From Candidatus Latescibacterota bacterium (GTDB lineage: Bacteria > Latescibacterota > UBA2968 > GCA-2709665): a stretch of 64,000 nucleotides of DNA. The notes beneath the pieces are model-generated. The model had not been told where the DNA came from and made no database searches. It worked only from the letters and a program-made list of their open reading frames with translations. The stretch's first letter is position 1; the number at the start of each line of letters is the position of its first letter. The position numbers were made by a program, and so were the translations under genes. The DNA is taken from contig OZ220733.1 of assembly GCA_965116875.1 (NCBI GenBank), forward strand, positions 1,024,001 through 1,088,000, written 5' to 3'. Below, one piece after another: positions 1-9,492 of the stretch.

Positions 1-1
1 T

Positions 2-2134
2 TACCCACGAGCGCTTCGATGATCCGAATCCCGCGGCGAAAGACTCCCGATAGCTGAAATAATGTCCCACGTTGAAATGCCACGGCCGGGTTGCATCTCC
101 GAAGTCACGGTAGACGTCGTCTTCAAAATTGAATCCTGTACCTGATACAGGAAACATGGACCGGTCGCTTCGGATTGGATCCGATCTCCGATCGGTACGT
201 CCGCTGAAACGAAGGCTGGTGTTGACGCTGAGGCTGCGCAGGCGCGGGTGATACAGGTCCAGACGTCCCAACGCGTCGTAGAACGTGTGGCCCATGTTGA
301 GTCGAACGTCGATCCGCCGGGCGGGCTTTATCGAGGCTGAGGTACGCAGATCGCGCCATCGACGCGTCGGATTGGCGTCGAAATCGTATCCCGTTGAGAA
401 ACTGGCCGTTGCGAGTGTGGATCGTCGTTCTTTTCCGTCCACTTCAGTTTTGATTTCGAGTGTGTTGTTGAGTCGCATGGTAAGGGTACGTCTGGGATCG
501 TTCCAGTCCCGCCGGCCCTGGAAGCCGAGGGTTGCGCCATCAACCCGTGCGGTCTGGTAGTACCTGAGGTCGAACTGGGGCTGAAACCGGTGGCGGAACC
601 CTCTCAGCCGTCCAATCTGCGGCCTGAAGATACCATATAGCGAGGTGCCGGCGGCCAGGCTGGCGTTGTAAGACTCCCGGCGCGTCCGTGTGTCCGCGTT
701 CGGGCGCGAGGAGCTCTGACTGACGTTGAACCGTTGTGTGAGATCCAGCCACCCGAAGGGCTTGTGCTGGCTGCTGGCTCCCAACCTGGCATTGAACGAC
801 AGATTGTGCGTGTTGTCGTCCGCGTCCTCATTGCGCGTGAAGGCATTCGTCAGACCCGCGGAAGCGTCGTAATAGAAGGCGTGGTACCAGAGGGCGTCCC
901 GGTTTGATTCGGGCTGACCGAAAATGCGACGCCTGCCCTGACGGAACGAGAGGCGGGGGAACCCCTGAAACCGGTTCTGGTTCTTATCGAGGTCCCTGTA
1001 GTAGTTAAGGTTGATATCCATGCTTCGCCTGGCTTCCGACCAGCGCTTGTCCATGGAAAAAGACGACCGGAGTTGCCGGTTCAGGTACCGATAGAGGTTG
1101 CTGGAATTGTGGAGGTCGAAGTTGGAACTGTTCGTGAAGTCCCCTCTGGCCCTCATATTGAGCGTCGGGTTCAGCCGGTGTTGGTGGTGGAAGTTCAATC
1201 GCCAGGCCCGGCGTGAATCGCCCGACGGCTGTCGCCCGCGTTCAAAGGACAGATTCATATATCCGCTGAGTCGTCTCCGCACCGCGTAGTCGATCCCTGC
1301 ATCAATGAGAAAACCGTTGCGTTCCCGAAGGGCCGTCTTCAACGTGGCATCCCAGTAGTCGCTGGGCGCCCAGTAATAACCGATGTTGTTAATGTTTATG
1401 CCGTCGCGGCTGTTGCTGCCGATCCGGGGTGTCAGAATCCCGGAGCGCCTGCCTTGCGTGAGCGGAAACACGTAGTACGGGAGCCACATCAGCGGGACGG
1501 GACCCACTCGAAACGTAACGGACCGGGCGATGGCCTTGTCATCCTGAACCACCTTCAGCGCGCGACACACGAAGTCGTAGTGGGTGTGGTCCCTGTCGCA
1601 CGAGGACATGGAGATCGCAAGGGCGTGAAGTTCGTGCTGCCGATCCAGGAGAATCTTCTCGCCTCTGTAATAACGCCTGCCGTGACGCGCCCGGCCGCCC
1701 TTCACGCGGCCGCGCCCGGTTTCCAGGTTGTAAACCATTGACGAGCCTGTGAATCGCTCGGTACCGCGGACGAACTCGGGCACGCCAATGGTCTTCCTTC
1801 CGGTGGAGTCCGGCAGCCCCTCGGCTTCCAGCCTCTTTGCCTTCCGGTGGAGGACAATTCGTCCGGCGCGCAGCTCGACGTCCTTATACGTGAGGACGAC
1901 GTTACCCGTGAAAACGACGCGTCCTGCTGCGATATCATCCTCGACCCGGTCGGCCGCGTACTCATAGAGCAGGGAGTCCTGCGCCGACGTATCTCGCCGG
2001 ACGGTAAGCGGACCGGGCTCCATTCGCGCAATGGCCGAATCGACCTGGAACAGCAACAGGAATAAGAGCGGGCCGGAAAACCGGCGGTACGCCCTCCAGA
2101 TTGCAGTTGCCGGCTTTGAGTGTCTCAAGTTCAT
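2..2134 (-). CDS. lptD: LPS-assembly outer membrane protein LptD-like (3' end runs off the window edge)
   Basis: Manual translation, absent from the ORF track because there is no stop in the window. ATG at 2134: MNLRHSKP...LLFLLLFQ (signal-like), an OstA-like segment (GNVVLTYKDVELRAGRI, MVYNLETGRG), SSCDRDHTHYDF, VPLMWLPYYVFP..GRRSGILTPRIG and NIGYYWAPSDYWDA, then beta-strand-rich sequence. Confidence 0.8.
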   Translation of the reverse strand, partial: MNLRHSKPATAIWRAYRRFSGPLLFLLLFQVDSAIARMEPGPLTVRRDTSAQDSLLYEYAADRVEDDIAAGRVVFTGNVVLTYKDVELRAGRIVLHRKAKRLEAEGLPDSTGRKTIGVPEFVRGTERFTGSSMVYNLETGRGRVKGGRARHGRRYYRGEKILLDRQHELHALAISMSSCDRDHTHYDFVCRALKVVQDDKAIARSVTFRVGPVPLMWLPYYVFPLTQGRRSGILTPRIGSNSRDGININNIGYYWAPSDYWDATLKTALRERNGFLIDAGIDYAVRRRLSGYMNLSFERGRQPSGDSRRAWRLNFHHQHRLNPTLNMRARGDFTNSSNFDLHNSSNLYRYLNRQLRSSFSMDKRWSEARRSMDINLNYYRDLDKNQNRFQGFPRLSFRQGRRRIFGQPESNRDALWYHAFYYDASAGLTNAFTRNEDADDNTHNLSFNARLGASSQHKPFGWLDLTQRFNVSQSSSRPNADTRTRRESYNASLAAGTSLYGIFRPQIGRLRGFRHRFQPQFDLRYYQTARVDGATLGFQGRRDWNDPRRTLTMRLNNTLEIKTEVDGKERRSTLATASFSTGYDFDANPTRRWRDLRTSASIKPARRIDVRLNMGHTFYDALGRLDLYHPRLRSLSVNTSLRFSGRTDRRSDPIRSDRSMFPVSGTGFNFEDDVYRDFGDATRPWHFNVGHYFSYRESFAAGFGSSKRSWV

Positions 2135-2315
2135 ATTCTCGGGCCGCGGTCTGTATCCTGAATTGGCGGGGAGGAGTCCGGGCGCGTAAAACACCTGCCA
2201 ATCTGCGGAAGGATCGTTGCACGTCCTGTTTGGGCCGCGAAGAACCGTCTTCGAAATCACGATTCGTACCGCGTCTCGTCCGCACGCTCCAGCGTTCCGC
2301 AAGAGACGATTGCAG

Positions 2316-2345
2316 TTGACTTTTCCGTGTTTTTCGCGTTACTTT
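2316..2345 (+). promoter_or_regulatory. sigma70-like promoter upstream of tRNA-Leu
   Basis: TTGACT-N18-TACTTT about 25 nt before the tRNA. Confidence 0.5.
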
Positions 2346-2369
2346 TAGGGTTAACTCATTACCAATATT

Positions 2370-2455
2370 GCGGAAGTGGTGGAATTGGCAGACACGTCAG
2401 ATTTAGGATCTGGTGGGCATTGCCCGTGGGGGTTCGAGTCCCCCCTTCCGCACCA
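2370..2455 (+). tRNA. tRNA-Leu (TAG)
   Basis: GCGGAAG/CTTCCGC acceptor stem, D-arm GGAATTGGCAGAC, anticodon arm TCAGA-TTTAGGA-TCTGG, long variable arm, GGTTCGAGTCC T-loop, encoded CCA. Confidence 0.97.
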
Positions 2456-2490
2456 CTGTTGAAGCCGGACGGCGGGCTCCGACGATTCGG

Positions 2491-2530
2491 GCCGTGCGTT
2501 GCTGTGTTTCTGGCGCACGGCTTTTCTTTT
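2491..2530 (+). terminator. probable intrinsic terminator after the tRNA
   Basis: GCCGTGCG/CGCACGGC stem followed by TTTTCTTTT; the loop is long (15 nt). Confidence 0.5.
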
Positions 2531-2638
2531 GTACAGGAAACAGACGGCGCTGCCGGCTGTCGGTTGCGTAATGAATATTCCGTTTTTCGGAAAGTGAGTC
2601 AAGCCGAATTCTGAAAACATGAACCCCACGGAGGGACC

Positions 2639-3925
2639 ATGGATCAGCTTGCGTTCCTGACCGAGGAGAGTATCCGGGAGATCCGGCGCCGGTTTGGCAC
2701 GCCTGTTTTCGTCTATGACCAGGAAACGTTGGAGGCTCGTGCCAGGGAGGTCCTGGATTTCCCGAATGCGTACGGATTGACCGCCCGATACGCGATGAAG
2801 GCCCTGCCAACGGCGGCGGTCGTGAGAATACTGAACCGGGCGGGCATGCACATCGATGCCAGCAGCGGATATGAAGTGGAACGCGCCATCCGGTCCGGCG
2901 TCTCTCCGGATCAGATCCAGCTCACCACACAGCGTACGCCCCGGAATCTGGAGTTCCTGGTGAGGCAGGGAGTCATCTTCAACGCCTGTTCGCTGCAGCA
3001 GCTGAGGCACTACGGCGAACTGTTTCCGGGCCGTTCCGTAACGGTACGAATCAACCCGGGTCTTGGATCCGGGCACAGCAAAAAGACCAACGTGGGCGGC
3101 CCGTCCGCCAGTTTCGGGATCTGGCACGAACATCTGGACGAAGTACTCGCCATCGCCCGGGACTGCAATCTGAAGATTTCGAGTATGCATACCCACATCG
3201 GTTCGGGCAGCGATCCCGAGGTCTGGGAGCACTGCGCGATGATTTCCCTGCGCATCGCTGCACAATTGCCGGAAGTGGAGGTGCTGAGCCTTGGGGGCGG
3301 GTTTAAGGTGGGGCGTATGACAGGGGAGACGTCTACCGACCTGAATCGGATCGGAATGCACGTAATTGAAGCGTTCCGGGCCTTTCGGGCCGAACATGGG
3401 CGCAGACTCAGGCTGGAGGTCGAACCCGGCACCTTTCTGGTGGCCAACGCGGGGGCGCTGGTCTGTTCGGTCATCGACAGCGTCGATACAGGCAGGAACG
3501 GGTTCGAATTCCTGAAAGCAGACGCGGGAATGACCGAGCTGTTGCGCATCAGCCTCTATGGCGCACAGCACCCCATTGTGACCGTGCCCGCGCAGCCGGA
3601 GACACGGCAACTGAGGGAATATCTGGTTGCGGGCCACTGCTGTGAGAGCGGAGACGTGCTGACACCGGCGCCGGGAGATCCGGAAGGATTGCAGCCCCGG
3701 CTTCTTGCCGAGGCGAGGACGGGCGATCTGCTGGCGGTGGGCGGGTCCGGCGCGTACTGTTCCGGCATGGCATCAAAGAACTATAACTCGTTTCCGGAAG
3801 CCGCCGAGGTGCTGCAGGCCCCGGATGGCACGCTGCACCTGATCAGGAAACGGCAGACACTGGACCAGATCACGGCGAACGAAGTGATTCCGGACTTCCT
3901 TGATACCGGTTTAAACCCGCACTAA
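2639..3925 (+). CDS. lysA: diaminopimelate decarboxylase
   Basis: FGTPVFVYD, YAMKA (PLP lysine), HTHIGSG, LGGGF, EPG, GHCCESGD, GAYC and NYNS motifs. Confidence 0.9.
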   Translation: MDQLAFLTEESIREIRRRFGTPVFVYDQETLEARAREVLDFPNAYGLTARYAMKALPTAAVVRILNRAGMHIDASSGYEVERAIRSGVSPDQIQLTTQRTPRNLEFLVRQGVIFNACSLQQLRHYGELFPGRSVTVRINPGLGSGHSKKTNVGGPSASFGIWHEHLDEVLAIARDCNLKISSMHTHIGSGSDPEVWEHCAMISLRIAAQLPEVEVLSLGGGFKVGRMTGETSTDLNRIGMHVIEAFRAFRAEHGRRLRLEVEPGTFLVANAGALVCSVIDSVDTGRNGFEFLKADAGMTELLRISLYGAQHPIVTVPAQPETRQLREYLVAGHCCESGDVLTPAPGDPEGLQPRLLAEARTGDLLAVGGSGAYCSGMASKNYNSFPEAAEVLQAPDGTLHLIRKRQTLDQITANEVIPDFLDTGLNPH

Positions 3926-5781
3926 TCAGATACCTGATAGCTGTAGAGGTGGGACCCGCTTCCAAAGTATATCCGGCCGTCCAGGATGTCGCCACCCGGT
4001 CCTACGGGTACGGGCGATTCAGCCGGCATCCGTATTTCGTGCGTATCGGGTTCCACGATGGCGATACCCTTCGTGAAGAGGATGAAAATGGCGCCGTCCG
4101 GCGCGGTAACAAAAACCCTTGGGCCCTGCTGTGACGTCGTGGGCCCGAATTCGGCGTCGAGTTCCCGCTGGTGGACCACCTGTCTGTCGCCGGGATCGAA
4201 GACGAAAAAGCGCCTGCGGTCGGCGATCCCGTACACGACGCCGCTCGGGCCAGGGCACATATCGGTATACCCCTGGACGCCGGGGAAGACGGCCGCGTGC
4301 CAATCGAGCCGTTTCGTTTCCATATCCATAATATAGAGCTCCGCTTCGTCGGCCTTCTGTTCGCCGCCGGTGCCCGCACTGGTCGTCGTGCCGCCCAGCA
4401 GCCCGCCACCGGGCAGGGGAACCAGGCTCATGGTGGACTGGTCTGGCAGGACGTCGGTATGTTCCAGCAGCGTATGTTCACGGGTCTGCCTGTCCCAGAA
4501 CAGCAGCCCGCCGCCGGTAAGCCCGTACCCGGGGGTGCCGGCGAGCACGACGGTTCTTCCGTCCGGATGGGCAAGCAGCATGTGAGGGCGGTTGATGACC
4601 TCGTGGCATTCGTATAGCAGTTCCGGGTTGCAGCCCGCCTTGTCACGCTCGGTGCGCACCCACGGCTGCGCCGGGTCCCACTCCTCCAGGAGACCGTGTG
4701 TATATGCGCCGATGAAGAACATGTCGCCTTCTCTGGCGACGGTATTCCACTGTCCCAGCGCCGGACGGTTGATCCAGCTGCCGGTTTCCGGGTTGAAGCT
4801 GAAGAAGTGCATGGGGAATGCGGTTCCGCCGCAGATGGTATTGTCCGGAGCGGTGGCCACCCCCATGATGTGGGCGCCTTCGCTGGAGTAGTCGAAGGAC
4901 ACTTCGCGGGTCTCGCCGGTTCCGGGGTCCGCAACGGCCAGCGTGCGTTCCACGAGGCTGCACGAGACCATGCGTTTGCCGTCGGGAAAATCCGTGTGGA
5001 ACAGCCCCTGGCTGCCGGCAATGAAGGGTTTCTCACTTCTGTTTTCAATCTCTCCGATATCCGTCCGGTTTCCGCGATACAACTCCAACCAACCGTCCTC
5101 CGAACCGCCGCTGGTGTGCCCGTACACCTTCCCGTTCAGGTCGCGGTACACGGACGCATGGGCCTGGGTTCGTTCGCCTTCCGCCAGAAGCGGTTCCGCA
5201 CTTCCGCTCTCGGGGTCCAGGGAGATAATCTGACTGGCCGTGCTGCCGATGCCGAAATAGATCCAGCCGGTATCGTCAGCGGCGATTGCCCGGGGATACT
5301 GACGCCAGTTCTGGTCGTAGAGGTTTCCGTAGTCGCGAAACTCGCCGGTACCGGGGTGGTAGGATGCGACCGCACTGTTCGGATACGTTCCCGACCAGAT
5401 GCGTCCGTCGTCGTCCTCGGTCATGCTCATGGCCATCTGCGGCACGGTCTTGTGGAAGAACGTGAACGCGCGCTTCCCGGGGTCGAATTCGACGAAGTGG
5501 CTGTTGAAGTGCGTGTAATATCTGTTTTGGCTGGACAGGATGGCGGCAAACGGGCCGTCTCCGCCCGGCGGATAGGGCATGGGGAATTCGTCGGCCATAC
5601 CGGTTTCGGCGTCGATCATCAGCAGCGCGTATCCGCCCCGGTGGTCGTAAAGCCAGATCAGGACCACGTTGCGGCCCTCGCCGTCCACGGCAACGGTTGT
5701 ACCGCGATGGTTGCTGACGGGCGTGGCGACGCCGTGATGAAAGAAACCGTTACCCATCGCTTCGGTATTGGAACCAGACAT
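3922..5781 (-). CDS. uncharacterised beta-propeller repeat protein
   Basis: Recurrent DGxIW/YxGT-type blades (DDDGRIWSGTYP, PDNTICGGT, PDGRTVVLAGTPGYG). Start moved to ATG 5781, which follows GGAGG. Confidence 0.65.
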   Translation of the reverse strand: MSGSNTEAMGNGFFHHGVATPVSNHRGTTVAVDGEGRNVVLIWLYDHRGGYALLMIDAETGMADEFPMPYPPGGDGPFAAILSSQNRYYTHFNSHFVEFDPGKRAFTFFHKTVPQMAMSMTEDDDGRIWSGTYPNSAVASYHPGTGEFRDYGNLYDQNWRQYPRAIAADDTGWIYFGIGSTASQIISLDPESGSAEPLLAEGERTQAHASVYRDLNGKVYGHTSGGSEDGWLELYRGNRTDIGEIENRSEKPFIAGSQGLFHTDFPDGKRMVSCSLVERTLAVADPGTGETREVSFDYSSEGAHIMGVATAPDNTICGGTAFPMHFFSFNPETGSWINRPALGQWNTVAREGDMFFIGAYTHGLLEEWDPAQPWVRTERDKAGCNPELLYECHEVINRPHMLLAHPDGRTVVLAGTPGYGLTGGGLLFWDRQTREHTLLEHTDVLPDQSTMSLVPLPGGGLLGGTTTSAGTGGEQKADEAELYIMDMETKRLDWHAAVFPGVQGYTDMCPGPSGVVYGIADRRRFFVFDPGDRQVVHQRELDAEFGPTTSQQGPRVFVTAPDGAIFILFTKGIAIVEPDTHEIRMPAESPVPVGPGGDILDGRIYFGSGSHLYSYQVSD

Positions 5782-5987
5782 GGGATTGCCTCCGTTGGGT
5801 TTTCCTGCAGGATTCCGGAGCGGTTGGACCACGCGGGCGGTATTGTCCGATCCGACTGAATATAACATCCGGAACGCGACGGAAAAACCGGTTTTCGACG
5901 AGGATTCCCAATGTCCCGGACGGATGTCCAGGCGCATGTATCGGGATTCACGGGGGGAAAAGAAGAGAGGCCTGCAACAGCGGTCCT

Positions 5988-7442
5988 TCAGGCGCCGCAA
6001 GCCGGCAGGTTCCTGACGGAAACGACTCTGGCGGAGGAATCGCGGACGCGGGGAATGGACCGGATTTGCGTGAGCGCGAGTGTAAATGCGGCTTCCGGAT
6101 CGACGGCCGCCAGGAGCCCGCAGGCGTAGAGAATGTGTCTTCGATCCAGCATCAACCGCGACCTTCCCGGATTCAGCGAGAATGGATCGCGGGAATCCGC
6201 GAGGGCCATTTCGAGGATTTCTTCCGGCCGTTCCGACACGGTCAGAGCACCTCCCGTACCCACGACGGCGTTGACGTCGGACAGGTCTTTGCCGCGCTGC
6301 ACAACGACCGGCCCGTTGGCCGAACGGACGGCTTCAACCGTACCGGTATGCCGGCCAACGGCAATGCGAACCGCCGCGCGGGCAAGGGCGTGGTCGACCT
6401 TCCTCCCTTCGATATCGTCCTGCAGCCGTGCCGGGCACGCGTCGAGCGCGCCCACGTTTGATTTCACCCTGGCGACGGGCAGACCGGAGTCGGAGGCGAC
6501 GGCCTTCAGGCCCGCGGCTTCCAGCAACGACGTTGCATTTCGCCGCAGTCCCAGGTCCCCCTCTACCGTCCGCTTTGCGCGGGGTTCGGGAAACGGGTCG
6601 GCCGAAACGCTGCCCAGTGTGGATTCCCCCGTGCAAATGGAGTGGACGTCCGTCGTTGCGCCGCCGACGTCGACCGCCACAAGCGTCCCTGCCCCGGGGC
6701 GCCGACCGTCGCCGTCCGCCAGGAGCCGCGCGCCTTCCAGGACGGCGGCGGGGGTGGGCATCAGAACCAGATCGAACATTCCACGGGCGCGATCAATCCC
6801 TTTCACCCTGGCGATTCGATCGATGAAGACGCGCCGGATTTCATCGCGGGCGGGCTCAACGTTCAGCACGCCGTATGACGGCATTACGTTTTCGGTTACC
6901 AGAACCGGCTTGCCCGCGGCCTTGAGTACGCCGCTGATCCTGTCGGAGGCGGACCGGTTTCCCGCAACCACGACCGGACAACGGATCGGAAGATCTGCCA
7001 GCGTCCTCGCATTGGCGACGATTGCCTCGCTGTTTCCACCGTCCGTACCGCCGGCAAGCAGAATGATATCCGGATCGAGGCGCAGGATCCTGTGGGCGTT
7101 CTCGCGGGTCAGTTCATGCGCGAACGTGTCGATCAGCCTGGCCCCCGCGCCCAGCGCTGCCCGGCGCGCCGCCTCGGCTGTCAATTCGCGAACCAGGCCG
7201 ACGGTAACCAGCCGGAGACCGCCTGCCGCGCTGCTGCAGGCCAATCTGTAGCGGAAGCGCGTCTTTTCACCCAGGAACCGGTGCAGGGCATCCAGCGCTT
7301 CGGTAAATCCCATCGCAACGTCGGTCTCCGCCGTGGAACACGCTTCACTGGCCGCCAGAAGTCGACCGCGCCTCAGGTCGACGGCCCTCAGTTTGGTACA
7401 GATACTTCCGAAATCGATGAGCAGTGCAACCGGCGCACTCAT
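5988..7442 (-). CDS. glmL: glutamate/methylaspartate mutase accessory protein GlmL (MutL)
   Basis: IDFGS..TK, ACSSAAGGL, ILLAGGTDGGN, MPTPAAV, DVGGATTDVHS and KRTVEGDLG motifs; ATGA overlap with the glmS-like gene. Confidence 0.85.
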   Translation of the reverse strand: MSAPVALLIDFGSICTKLRAVDLRRGRLLAASEACSTAETDVAMGFTEALDALHRFLGEKTRFRYRLACSSAAGGLRLVTVGLVRELTAEAARRAALGAGARLIDTFAHELTRENAHRILRLDPDIILLAGGTDGGNSEAIVANARTLADLPIRCPVVVAGNRSASDRISGVLKAAGKPVLVTENVMPSYGVLNVEPARDEIRRVFIDRIARVKGIDRARGMFDLVLMPTPAAVLEGARLLADGDGRRPGAGTLVAVDVGGATTDVHSICTGESTLGSVSADPFPEPRAKRTVEGDLGLRRNATSLLEAAGLKAVASDSGLPVARVKSNVGALDACPARLQDDIEGRKVDHALARAAVRIAVGRHTGTVEAVRSANGPVVVQRGKDLSDVNAVVGTGGALTVSERPEEILEMALADSRDPFSLNPGRSRLMLDRRHILYACGLLAAVDPEAAFTLALTQIRSIPRVRDSSARVVSVRNLPACGA

Positions 7443-7879
7443 GGATGGCCCGTGTGAAATCCGCTGGCGCGCGCCAGGAGGTCGCATTCGAGCGCGGAGA
7501 CGATGTCGTCCGTACCCGTACCGGAAGGAAAAGCCCTGTCGAATCCCGTATTCAGGACTCGTTTTTCCGCGGCGCGCCAGTCCTCTGTACTGTCATCCGG
7601 GTTACCGATGAAATAGACCGGAATCTCTCCCATACCCGCTTCGATACAAATCTCACGGAAGCCGCGACAGTCGAGTTCGCCGCGTCCGTGCAACGAGTAA
7701 ACGAGGATGCCTTGTGCATTGGTTTCGACAGCCGCATTGACGAAATCAGCGGGGGGAGAATAGGAGGCGAGGGACACGACGTTGTATCCCATTGCTTCCA
7801 GGGCGTGGCAAGGAATCCGCGTATCCGCTGTCTGGCGGTCCAATCCTATCGCCGCGGCAACAAGCGTCTTCGAAATCAT
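7439..7879 (-). CDS. glutamate mutase S-subunit-like B12-binding domain, degenerate
   Basis: FVNAAVETNA, SLHGRGELDCRGFRE and GFDRAFPSGT match GlmS, but the DxHxxG motif reads DRQTAD. Confidence 0.7.
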   Translation of the reverse strand: MISKTLVAAAIGLDRQTADTRIPCHALEAMGYNVVSLASYSPPADFVNAAVETNAQGILVYSLHGRGELDCRGFREICIEAGMGEIPVYFIGNPDDSTEDWRAAEKRVLNTGFDRAFPSGTGTDDIVSALECDLLARASGFHTGHP

Positions 7880-7942
7880 GGACTGCAACGGACGCTTCAA
7901 GTCGTCTCCACGCGAAGCCGGATCAGCCCGCAGGCGGGCGCG

Positions 7943-9139
7943 TTATCCGTGTGACCGCGCCTGCTGACGCACGATGCGGCTCAGATGGGCGAGGCGGACC
8001 CGCCCAACCTGGGGGTATACGGGCAGGAACAGGAGTTGCGGTCCAAGCGTCATTGCGGAGGTTGGCACCTGGCCCGGCAGATTCCGATCGGGCTCGACCA
8101 CGCATAAGGACGGTGGCCACAGATGTGCGTCAAGGCCTGAATCCCAGAGCCGGCGGCACAGGTCTGCCGCGTTGCCGACCCTGACGACGAAGAGCCAGTA
8201 GGAGTGATCCGCGCGTTGACCCGGGTAGCAGAGTTCCGGAACGCTGCGAAGAAATGCCAGGGCTTCCGGCCGGCAGCCCGTGGGTCTGCGGGCGCTGGAA
8301 TGCAGACGCCGCGACAGCAGGTCCAGGAGGGCGCTGCAGGGCTGGCGGCGGATTTTCCCGAGCAGTTCCAGTCCTCTGAAACCGCGTGTCGCGCGGTATC
8401 CCACGGCATCGTGCGACCTGCCCAACAGGCGGCACGCGGCGCATAGAAGGGTATACGGCCCCGGCCTGTTGAGCAGCAGAACGACGCCGTACTTTGCCAG
8501 ACGCAGGAAGAACCACCCCTTGCTCTGCACGGGATAGCGGCTATGCAGCCGTCTGATTCCGTCTCGAAAGACGGGATCGCCCACAAAGAGAAGACCGCCG
8601 CCCAACGCGGTATTGTACTTGATTGGCCCGAAACTGAACATGCGTACGTCGCTGTCCGGATGACCCGTGAAGCCGTCACCCCAATGCGCCTGTGCGCAGT
8701 CTTCAAACAGCAAGAGACCGTGCATTCTGGCGAAGCGAACCAGTGGTTCCATCGGGATTCGGGCGCCGAACAGGTGGGTCGCCAGAAGCGCGACCGTTCT
8801 GGACGTCAGGCCGCTGTTGAGGCTGTCCGGATCGGGCTCGAGCGTTAGTGGATCCAAATCGACCGGAATGGGCACGAGCCCGTGGCTCCGGATGATTTCG
8901 AGTATGTCGGGAATGGTGATGGCGGACACCAGAATGTGCGAACCGAGGGGAAACCGGGCTTCCCGGAGACAGGCATCGAAGCCGCTGCGAAGCGAAAGAA
9001 AGAAAATGGCCTCGTCATGGTCTCCAGTACTCTCCCGGCAGGCGGCATGGCCTTCCGCGGGCCGGTCGCCGGAGAGGCATCGGCGCATGCCGAAGAGGAG
9101 ATCGCGCCAGCCGATATCGAGTCTTTTTCGAGGAATCAT
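7943..9139 (-). CDS. DegT/DnrJ/EryC1/StrS-family PLP aminotransferase
   Basis: THLFG, FEDCAQAH and FSFGPIKYNTALGGG motifs. Probable start MIPRKRLD at 9139, but the frame is open to 9412. Confidence 0.8.
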   Translation of the reverse strand: MIPRKRLDIGWRDLLFGMRRCLSGDRPAEGHAACRESTGDHDEAIFFLSLRSGFDACLREARFPLGSHILVSAITIPDILEIIRSHGLVPIPVDLDPLTLEPDPDSLNSGLTSRTVALLATHLFGARIPMEPLVRFARMHGLLLFEDCAQAHWGDGFTGHPDSDVRMFSFGPIKYNTALGGGLLFVGDPVFRDGIRRLHSRYPVQSKGWFFLRLAKYGVVLLLNRPGPYTLLCAACRLLGRSHDAVGYRATRGFRGLELLGKIRRQPCSALLDLLSRRLHSSARRPTGCRPEALAFLRSVPELCYPGQRADHSYWLFVVRVGNAADLCRRLWDSGLDAHLWPPSLCVVEPDRNLPGQVPTSAMTLGPQLLFLPVYPQVGRVRLAHLSRIVRQQARSHG

Positions 9140-9292
9140 TGCCGATTCACACTTTCGCCGGCGCGGACGGCCGTGGTGAAGCCGTATGGAGGAACTGATT
9201 CCGCATCTGGCGAGCCTATCGTGGGATCGGGCCCGACCTTCCGGGCTCGAAGAATCCCGTTTCCTCAACGTCCGTGAACCTGCATCACGATT

Positions 9293-9412
9293 TCCTCCAT
9301 GATACCCATTTGCCGTTGCATCCTGCAACACATTCGTTGGCTTTGGTATTGCGATGCGGGAATGCCGAAGGGCGGCGGCAGCGACGCGGGAAGATTGATG
9401 GGTAGCGGGCAT
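9293..9412 (-). other. possible fifth double-glycine leader, in frame with the aminotransferase
   Basis: GAGGAG precedes ATG 9412 with a short spacer. The first 40 aa end IPKPTNVLQDATANGYHGG, the same [IL]P-x5-L-x9-GG spacing as the four precursors. Confidence 0.35.
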
Positions 9413-9492
9413 GTCTCCTCAGACCTCATCTCTTCTATGGAACAGAATCGTATACGATGGTTCTGGCGGAAATTCTCTTTCGAATCTCACGA

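Noticed and set aside
2370-2640. tRNA-Leu as an integration site for an island
   Set aside because: No integrase and no duplicated tRNA 3' end were noticed in the window; lysA follows directly.
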